A DNA stretch of 64,000 nt from Pseudomonadota bacterium (GTDB lineage Bacteria > Pseudomonadota > Alphaproteobacteria > Rhodobacterales > Rhodobacteraceae). The notes beneath the pieces are model-generated. The model was not told the origin of the DNA. It worked only from the letters and a program-made list of their open reading frames with translations, and did not search any database. Every line of letters begins with the position of its first letter. Position 1 is the first letter of the stretch. Made by a program: the position numbers and the translations under genes. Below, piece after piece: positions 57,201-64,000 of this stretch. The stretch lies in contig JBCCUU010000015.1 of NCBI GenBank assembly GCA_039196345.1, positions 482-64,481 of the forward strand. Reading direction: 5' to 3'.

Positions 57201-57858
57201 CGGCCTTGCTTTCCTGCTCCCCGTTTGCCTCGTCCCAGATCAACCGGCTGTCAAACGCCTGCGCGGAGATCATCGTGAAAATCACCGTCAATGCAAAGAA
57301 CAGGCTGGCGGGCCCCGGGTAGATGGACACCAATACCTTGAGTTGTACCAGAGAGGAGAGGATCGCAACCACAAAGATATCAATCATGGACCAGCGTCCG
57401 ATGTAATCGACCACCTCATGGAGCATCTGGCGCTGATGATGTGACACTGATGTGGGCCTCTGGACCGAGATTGCCAGGAAGGCGATGGCAAGAAACTTGC
57501 CGATTGGAATGACGACCGAGGCAAACAGGATAATCAGCGCCACCGCGTAGCTGCCATATTCGATCAACTCGATGGCGCCTCCGATAATGGTGTCCTGCTG
57601 GGTAAAGAAAAGCGTGCGGGTCTGCAGCATCGGGTAGATGTTTGCCGGAATGTAGCACATCAGCCCAATCAGCCAGTAGGCCCAAACCCGTTGCAGGCTG
57701 TGGGGTGCGCGGCTGGCGAGCTTGTGCCCGCATCGCCCGCAGGTTTGGACCTCTTTCTCCCACACCTGCTGGCAGCGCGAACAGGCTACAAGACCCATCT
57801 GGCGCGCGGTCAGGACTTTCTGTCGTTGCCCAATGCGTTCCATACCGACCATCTGCAA
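57193..57858 (-). CDS. pqiA: Paraquat-inducible protein A, second half-gene (start uncertain)
   Basis: CSRC...CGRC, YIPANIYP, GRWSMIDIFVV. Confidence 0.88.
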   Translation of the reverse strand: MQMVGMERIGQRQKVLTARQMGLVACSRCQQVWEKEVQTCGRCGHKLASRAPHSLQRVWAYWLIGLMCYIPANIYPMLQTRTLFFTQQDTIIGGAIELIEYGSYAVALIILFASVVIPIGKFLAIAFLAISVQRPTSVSHHQRQMLHEVVDYIGRWSMIDIFVVAILSSLVQLKVLVSIYPGPASLFFALTVIFTMISAQAFDSRLIWDEANGEQESKADD

Positions 57859-58448
57859 ATGACACTATCCTGCGCAACCACGAGAACAACCAGAACCGCA
57901 AACATCCAGAACGCAGGTCCAAAGGAAACCTCGACCAGGGTACTGATCTTGATGAGGGCCACCGCGCAGCCAATGGCAAAGATTTCCGCCATCGACCAGG
58001 GCCGCAGCGCTTCTGACACCCGAAAGGCCCATCTCGCGTGGCGCGCGGGTGGCTTGTCGGCGACAATGGGAACCAGCACGTAGATCGACAGCAGCACCCG
58101 CAACAAGGGGATGAAGAAAATGAGGCTGGCCGTGGCCAGGGTCAGAAACACCAGCGGCCCATCACTGAAGGCCAATGCTGTGTCAAGTACCGAAACCGAA
58201 TTGCTGGCACCAACCACATGGACGGAGAGGAAGGGAAAAACCCCCGCGGCAATGATCAACACGGTGATGGCGAGGGACAAAGCGATGATTTGCGCCCCCG
58301 CTTTCTTGCGCGGACTGATCAGAACGGTACCGCAGCGCTGGCATTTTGCCTGCTGCCCATCCTCGGGCACCTCAAGCGCGAAAGCCGCGTCGCACCGGGG
58401 GCAGACAATCAGGTCCGAACGCGGACGGGGGGCTTGAACGGACGTCAT
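57810..58448 (-). CDS. pqiA: Paraquat-inducible protein A, first half-gene
   Basis: CPRCD...CQRCG, PWSMAEIF, ALIKI. Confidence 0.88.
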   Translation of the reverse strand: MTSVQAPRPRSDLIVCPRCDAAFALEVPEDGQQAKCQRCGTVLISPRKKAGAQIIALSLAITVLIIAAGVFPFLSVHVVGASNSVSVLDTALAFSDGPLVFLTLATASLIFFIPLLRVLLSIYVLVPIVADKPPARHARWAFRVSEALRPWSMAEIFAIGCAVALIKISTLVEVSFGPAFWMFAVLVVLVVAQDSVICRWSVWNALGNDRKS

Positions 58449-58531
58449 GAGATCAGTCTAGCGTCTTTGGCAGCAAGCTTAAACGCCTGTTTTGGCCTGC
58501 GGCCTCCGAAGTGGTGCGCGTTCTACACTCT

Positions 58532-59314
58532 TCAGGACAGGCTTGATTGATGTTGTCTCTTTCGCGCGACCGACTTACGCCGCTCGAAGGCGTTTTGCCA
58601 CCGGAACTTCTCTTCGACATAGTCCATATGGGCGCGCGCAGCGGCTTCGGCCTTGTCCGGATCTCCGGCCAGGATCGCATGCGCGATGGCCTTGTGCTGA
58701 TTGAGCAGCGCTTTTGATGAGCCGTCAATCTCACGCAGGTGGTGACGGCTGAAAAAGATCTTCTGCTCTGTCAGGTCGTAGATCGAACGCATCATGTGGA
58801 TCAGCATGACATTATGACTGGCTTTGACGATTGCCATGTGAAAGGCGATGTCCGCCTTCAACGACCGATCCATATCATTGTCCTCATAGGCCGCGATCAG
58901 AGTCTCAAGGTAAGCCTTTATCGCCTCGCAATCCGGTGGCGTTGCCCGCTCTGCCGCGCAGCGCGCCGCGAAGCCTTCCTGTTCGCGCCGGTATTCGAGA
59001 TAGTCGAAAAACGCGAGCCCGTGCCTTCCGTAAAGATGGATCAGCGCCGGGGTCATCGCGTCCCCGGTCAACTGCGCGACAAAGGTGCCGTCGCCATGGC
59101 GAACCTCAAGCAAACCGGCACCGACAAGCTTTTTCAGCGCTTCGCGGATCTTGGGGCGTGACACCTTCATCAGCTCTGACAGCTCACGCTCCGAGGGCAG
59201 GCGATCCCCGTCTGACAGAACCCCGTTGATGATCATGTTTTCGATCTCTTCCACGACCATATCAGCAACGGATTCGTGGGCGATTTTCTCGAAGATTTTG
59301 GAGATGTCTGACAT
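58532..59314 (-). CDS. GntR/FadR family regulator (LldR/GlcC-like)
   Basis: GDRLPSERELSELMKVSRPKIREAL, HGDGTFV, FCD domain DIAFHMAI. Confidence 0.92.
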   Translation of the reverse strand: MSDISKIFEKIAHESVADMVVEEIENMIINGVLSDGDRLPSERELSELMKVSRPKIREALKKLVGAGLLEVRHGDGTFVAQLTGDAMTPALIHLYGRHGLAFFDYLEYRREQEGFAARCAAERATPPDCEAIKAYLETLIAAYEDNDMDRSLKADIAFHMAIVKASHNVMLIHMMRSIYDLTEQKIFFSRHHLREIDGSSKALLNQHKAIAHAILAGDPDKAEAAARAHMDYVEEKFRWQNAFERRKSVARKRQHQSSLS

Positions 59315-59334
59315 CCAACGGGCCTTCCTAAAAC

Positions 59335-59357
59335 AGTGGTTCTCTTAGTTTACCACT
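59335..59357. promoter_or_regulatory. Candidate GntR operator
   Basis: AGTGGT-N11-ACCACT inverted repeat just upstream of the gntR start. Confidence 0.4.
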
Positions 59358-59425
59358 TATTCCGAAAAGGAAAAGGGAATTTATCATGTTGTTATACCGG
59401 TATTTTTTTAATTAATACGCCGTTA

Positions 59426-59439
59426 TTGATCTAGATCAA
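59426..59439. promoter_or_regulatory. FNR/FnrL-type box
   Basis: TTGATCTAGATCAA = perfect TTGAT-N4-ATCAA, 73 nt upstream of dctP. Confidence 0.75.
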
Positions 59440-59512
59440 ATAAAGTAAATATCACCAAGAGGTAAATTCCCTCCATCTTTAGGAAGCCCGTGGGGCATAG
59501 GAGGAACCTTAC

Positions 59513-60562
59513 ATGAAAACGATGATTACCAGCCTGGCACTTGCCGCGACGGTCGCTTGTGGCGCCGCGGAAGCGGGCGACAAACTGTTGCTGAAAACAC
59601 CGGTGGCCTTCTCGACAGAACTGCCGGGTCTGGGCACGCCGATCCCCCGTGTCGCGGACGAAGTGGCGGTGATGTCCGGCGGGACACTCAAGATGAAGGT
59701 CTATGAGCCGGGCAAACTGGTTCCCGCGTTCGAGATCCTTGATGCGGTCTCTACCGGCAAGATCAATGCGGGCTATACCACGGCTGGATATTGGGCGGGC
59801 AAGATCCCGGCCGCGCCGCTCTTCTCTGCCGTTCCCTTTGGCCCGGAAGCGGGCGAATACATGGCGTGGCTCTACTACGGCAACGGCATGGATCTCTACC
59901 AGCGCATGTACGATCAGGCTGGCTACAACGTGCATGTCCTGCCCTGCGCTGTCATCGCGCCCGAAACCTCCGGCTGGTTCGCCAAGGAGATCAACAGCGC
60001 CGAAGACCTTAATGGTCTGAAAATGCGCTTCTTCGGCCTTGGTGGCAAAGTGATGGAGAAACTGGGCGTGGCGACGTCCCTCTTGCCCGGCGGTGAAATC
60101 TTCCCGGCACTGGAAAAAGGCGCGATTGACGCGACCGAATTCTCCATGCCTGCAATCGACCAGCGTCTGGGCTTCCACAAAGTCGCGAAGTACAACTACT
60201 TCCCCGGCTGGCACCAGCAGGCAACCGTGTTTGAACTGCTCATCAACAAGGATGTCTGGAACGAAGCCTCTGAACAGCATCAGGCCATCCTGACCGAAGC
60301 CTGCAAGGCTTCCATGGCCGACAGTTTTGCCGAAGGCGAAGCGCTGCAATTCGAAGCCATGCAGACAAATGTCGAGAAAAACGGCGTCATCATGAAGCAG
60401 TGGTCGCCAGAGATGCTGGAGCTCTTCCGCACAACCTGGGATGAGGTTGCGGCTGAAGAAGCAGCGGCCGACCCCTTCTTTGCAGAGGTCTATGCCGACA
60501 TGCAGACCTTCCGCGAAGGCTACAACCTCTGGAAGATCAACGCCTTCCTGCCACGTCAGTAA
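59513..60562 (+). CDS. dctP: TRAP transporter substrate-binding protein (alpha-keto acid/lactate type)
   Basis: GKLVPAFEILDAVS, GWFAKEI, KMRFFGLGG, DATEFS, YFPGWHQ. Confidence 0.92.
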   Translation: MKTMITSLALAATVACGAAEAGDKLLLKTPVAFSTELPGLGTPIPRVADEVAVMSGGTLKMKVYEPGKLVPAFEILDAVSTGKINAGYTTAGYWAGKIPAAPLFSAVPFGPEAGEYMAWLYYGNGMDLYQRMYDQAGYNVHVLPCAVIAPETSGWFAKEINSAEDLNGLKMRFFGLGGKVMEKLGVATSLLPGGEIFPALEKGAIDATEFSMPAIDQRLGFHKVAKYNYFPGWHQQATVFELLINKDVWNEASEQHQAILTEACKASMADSFAEGEALQFEAMQTNVEKNGVIMKQWSPEMLELFRTTWDEVAAEEAAADPFFAEVYADMQTFREGYNLWKINAFLPRQ

Positions 60563-60675
60563 CTCTGGCCTGAAAGACGCGGGTGGCCCGGTAAGGCCGC
60601 CCGCACCCATACCCCGATATTTAGCGGTTGAGTGCCCTGGCTCCCGCTCCCGTCACATCTGAGGAGGACCCTGAC

Positions 60676-62742
60676 ATGACCATGCAAAGCGATCTCGACG
60701 AAGACGCGGTGGAAACTTACGAGACCCTGGTCGAAGGTCAGGATCCGGACCAGATGGGCCTTGCCTCCGCGATCGACAAGTTCGTCAAAACGGTCGGCCA
60801 TACGGTCATGTTTGCCAATCTCATCCTGATTGTCGCGATCGTGCTGCAAGTTGGCATGCGCTACATCCTCAACGTCAATTATCCCATGCTCGACGAGTTG
60901 CAGTGGCATCTCTATGGCCTCGTGACGATGTTCGGGATTTCCTACGCCCTCGTTACCGACAGTCACGTGCGCGTCGACCTTTTACACATGCAGATGTCCC
61001 GGCGGTCGCAACGCACGGTCGAGATCCTCGGCATGGTTTTTCTGGTCACACCCTTCATCTATCTGATGATCGATCAGGGCGCGGATTACTTCTGGGAAAG
61101 CTACCGCGTGAACGAACGCTCAGCATCAGCCACCGGTCTGCCGTTCCGCTGGGCCTTCAAGGCGATCATTCCGCTGAGCTTCATCATGCTGGCGCTGGCT
61201 GTTGCGGCACGGGTCGTGCACGATCTGCACGCCCTCTGGACCCGCCGGGCCGAGGAAAGCGATGGGCGGTCGATCTTCCTTGTCATCGTGCCCTTCATGG
61301 CGGCGATGGCCGTGGCCTGGGGGCTCAAGTTCACTGTCGAAACCACCGAAGAGATGATGGTCATCGGCATGTTCATGACCTTCATCGGGCTGCTCTTTAC
61401 CGGCTTCCCGGTGGCCTGGACACTGGCGGGCACCGGCATGGTGTTTTGCACCGCTGCCTATCTTTTCGACAATGACTTCATGCTCTGGACCGGGCTGGAG
61501 AGCACCTTCACCGGGCTTGACTACCTGACCCTCGGGGCCGTGGTGAACCGTGTTTATGCCACCATGTCCAATGCGGTGCTTGTGGCCCTGCCGATGTTCA
61601 TCTTCATGGGGCTGATGCTTGATGAAAGCGGCGTGGCGGAGCGTCTGATGTCCGCGATGACCCGCCTTTTCGGCACCGTGCGGGGCGGGCTGGCGATTAC
61701 CGTGACCCTGATCGGTATCGTTCTGGCGGCCTCCACCGGGATTGTCGGCGCGTCGGTTGTGCTGCTGGGCGTGCTGAGCCTGCCGACCATGATGGAAAAC
61801 AAGTATTCCAAGTCGCTCGCGACCGGGACGATTGCGGCCTCGGGGACGCTTGGCATCCTGATCCCGCCGTCGATCATGCTGGTCATCATGGCTGACCAGA
61901 TGGCCCTGTCGGTGGGCGACCTCTTCATGGCCGCGATGCTGCCGGGCGTGTTGCTGGGAACACTGTATCTTCTCTACATCTTCATTGTGGCGCAGGTCAG
62001 CAAGGCCTCCGCCCCTGTGCCGGAGGGTGCAAAGCGCCCCGATTGGGACGCGGTCAAGGAAGTGTTGCTGGCCGTTGTGCCGCCCCTGGGTCTGATCCTT
62101 GCGGTGCTGGGTTCGATCTTTGCCGGTATCTGCACACCGACCGAAGCCTCCGGCATTGGTGCTGCGGGTGCGACCCTGCTGGCGCTCGTCTACCGCAAGC
62201 TGACCCTGCACAAGGTCTGGAACGTGATGAAGGCCACCTTCAACTCCACCGCCTATATCTTTGCGATCTTCCTCGGCGCGACGGTCTTCTCCTTCGTGTT
62301 GCGGGAACTGGGCGGGGATGAGTTCATCGAACACCTGATCTCCTCCACCGGGTTTGGCGCCAACGGCACCATCATCTTCATCCTCTTCATCTGCTTCCTG
62401 CTGGGCTTCTTCCTCGACTGGATCGAGATCACGCTGATCGTGCTGCCGCTGATGGGGCCCGTGGTTTCCGGCCTTGGCCTCGACATTCCGGGTTACGGCG
62501 TGATCGATGAGCCTGCGCTGATCTGGTTCGTGATCCTCGTGGCGGTGACCTTGCAAACCAGCTTCCTCACCCCGCCGGTTGGTTTCTCGCTCTTTTATCT
62601 CAAAGGCGTGTGCCCCCCGAGCATCAAGCTGACGGATATCTACAAAGGCGTCGTGCCCTTCGTGCTGCTGCAATTGCTCTGCCTGGCGCTCGTCTTCGTG
62701 ATCCCGTCGCTGGCCACCTGGCTGCCATCCATCGCCTTCTAA
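60676..62742 (+). CDS. TRAP transporter fused small + large permease (DctQ-DctM)
   Basis: ELQWHLYG and HVRVD (DctQ); ASTGIVGAS, GTLGILIPPS, TSFLTPPVG (DctM). One continuous ORF. Confidence 0.9.
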   Translation: MTMQSDLDEDAVETYETLVEGQDPDQMGLASAIDKFVKTVGHTVMFANLILIVAIVLQVGMRYILNVNYPMLDELQWHLYGLVTMFGISYALVTDSHVRVDLLHMQMSRRSQRTVEILGMVFLVTPFIYLMIDQGADYFWESYRVNERSASATGLPFRWAFKAIIPLSFIMLALAVAARVVHDLHALWTRRAEESDGRSIFLVIVPFMAAMAVAWGLKFTVETTEEMMVIGMFMTFIGLLFTGFPVAWTLAGTGMVFCTAAYLFDNDFMLWTGLESTFTGLDYLTLGAVVNRVYATMSNAVLVALPMFIFMGLMLDESGVAERLMSAMTRLFGTVRGGLAITVTLIGIVLAASTGIVGASVVLLGVLSLPTMMENKYSKSLATGTIAASGTLGILIPPSIMLVIMADQMALSVGDLFMAAMLPGVLLGTLYLLYIFIVAQVSKASAPVPEGAKRPDWDAVKEVLLAVVPPLGLILAVLGSIFAGICTPTEASGIGAAGATLLALVYRKLTLHKVWNVMKATFNSTAYIFAIFLGATVFSFVLRELGGDEFIEHLISSTGFGANGTIIFILFICFLLGFFLDWIEITLIVLPLMGPVVSGLGLDIPGYGVIDEPALIWFVILVAVTLQTSFLTPPVGFSLFYLKGVCPPSIKLTDIYKGVVPFVLLQLLCLALVFVIPSLATWLPSIAF

Positions 62743-62757
62743 AAAGGAGCGAGCAAG

Positions 62758-64000
62758 ATGACCAATGACCAACTGATTGCTGAACTGAAAGCCATCGCCG
62801 GCCCCCGTCACGTTCTGACGGGGGAGGCGCGCACCGAACGCTACCGCAAGGGGTTCAGGTCAGGGGAGGGGGAGGCCATCGCGGTGGTCGTCCCGGGCAC
62901 GCTGGTCGAGATGTGGCAGGTGCTGAAGGCCTGCGTGGCAGCGGACAAGATCCTCATCATGCAGGCCGCCAACACCGGCCTGACCGAAGGCTCCACCCCC
63001 AAGGGCACCTACGACCGGGATGTGGTGATCCTGTCGACCCTGCGGCTCGATCGCATCCATCTGGTGCGCGACGGTCATCAGATCGTCAGTCTGCCGGGCG
63101 GCACGCTCTTTGGGCTGGAGAAGCAGCTCGAGCCTTACGGACGCCAGCCGCATTCGGTGATTGGGTCCTCCTGTATCGGGGCCTCGATCATGGGCGGGGT
63201 CTGCAACAATTCGGGCGGATCGCTGGTGCAGCGCGGGCCTGCCTACACCGAACTGTCGCTTTATGCGCAGATCAACACCGATGGCCAGTTGGAGCTGGTC
63301 AATCATCTGGGCATCAACCTTGGCAACGCGCCGGAGGAGATGCTGGCCCGACTGGACCGGGGTGATTTCTCGGACGCGGACCTCAGCGACGATGCGGGCA
63401 AAGGCTCTGACGCGGGATACCCGGAGCGGGTTACGGATGTGGATGCCGACAGCCCCGCACGGTTCAATGCCGACCCCCGGACCTTGCATGAGGCTTCGGG
63501 CTGCGCGGGCAAGCTGGCGGTCTTTGCCGTCCGGCTCGACACCTTCCCGATCAGTACCGGGGACGAGGTCTACTACGTCGGCACCAATGACCCCGCCGCC
63601 CTCACCGAGTTACGTCGCCGCGCCCTGACGGAACTGCCGGAACTGCCTGTGAGCGGGGAATACCTGCACCGTGAATGCTTTGACATCGCGCGCAAATACG
63701 GCAAGGACACCCTGCTGATGATCCATTGGCTGGGCACGGATTTTCTGCCGAAGATGTTTGCCATGAAGGGTGCTATGGATGCGCGTTTCGCCAAGATCCC
63801 CTTCCTGCCCGCGAACCTCGTGGACCGGGCAATGCAGGTCTTTGCCAATATCATGCCCGAAGCGCTGCCCAAGCGCATGCTGGCGTTCCGTGACAGGTAC
63901 GAACACCACCTCATCCTGAAGGTCGGGGCCAGCAGCGCCGCCGCGACCGAGACCATCCTCGATGACACCTGCGGGCCGGATGGCTGGTTCAAATGTGACG
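62758..64000 (+). CDS. dld: Membrane-bound FAD-dependent D-lactate dehydrogenase; runs off the right edge
   Basis: RYRKGFRSGEG, QAANTGLTEGSTP, HSVIGSSCIGAS, NNSGGSLVQRGPAYTE, EASGCAGKL, EYLHRE, YGKDT, RYEHHLILK. Confidence 0.95.
   Translation, partial: MTNDQLIAELKAIAGPRHVLTGEARTERYRKGFRSGEGEAIAVVVPGTLVEMWQVLKACVAADKILIMQAANTGLTEGSTPKGTYDRDVVILSTLRLDRIHLVRDGHQIVSLPGGTLFGLEKQLEPYGRQPHSVIGSSCIGASIMGGVCNNSGGSLVQRGPAYTELSLYAQINTDGQLELVNHLGINLGNAPEEMLARLDRGDFSDADLSDDAGKGSDAGYPERVTDVDADSPARFNADPRTLHEASGCAGKLAVFAVRLDTFPISTGDEVYYVGTNDPAALTELRRRALTELPELPVSGEYLHRECFDIARKYGKDTLLMIHWLGTDFLPKMFAMKGAMDARFAKIPFLPANLVDRAMQVFANIMPEALPKRMLAFRDRYEHHLILKVGASSAAATETILDDTCGPDGWFKCD

Noticed and set aside
1-64000. 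CRISPR arrays, tRNA/rRNA genes, transposases, integrases, prophage or eCIS structural genes
   Set aside because: None recognised by eye. tRNAscan-SE, CRISPR finders and HMM searches were not run, so small features could be missed.

Overview
A GC-rich chromosomal window from a Rhodobacteraceae (Roseobacter-group-like) alphaproteobacterium. The assignment rests on a PhyR-NepR-EcfG module, a GAAC-N7-GAAC SOS box, a VPLPA-CTERM-like protein and TRAP transport. Left to right: partial dadA under a tandem glycine riboswitch; a decayed Lrp / glyoxalase / cupin / MetX-like hydrolase locus; a TetR-linked operon of a BMP-type ABC transporter, CE4 amidohydrolase and ureohydrolase; a glycosyltransferase-methyltransferase fusion; a PhoD-like phosphatase with no signal peptide; a radical SAM + DUF4130-UdgX operon with an SOS box; a large myo-inositol cluster with two copies of a palindromic LacI-type operator; PQQ-dehydrogenase accessory genes running into soxY-soxZ-cytochrome c-soxF; an M20 hydrolase and a class V PLP enzyme; the general stress response cluster with EcfG promoters; an orphan ORF resembling a contractile-injection-system effector; pqiABC; and a GntR / TRAP / D-lactate dehydrogenase locus with a perfect FNR box. 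Several TAGAGC/CTAG-bounded miniature inverted-repeat elements lie between convergent genes. I saw no rRNA, tRNA, CRISPR array or intact transposase. All family assignments come from motifs recognised by eye; no database searches were run.
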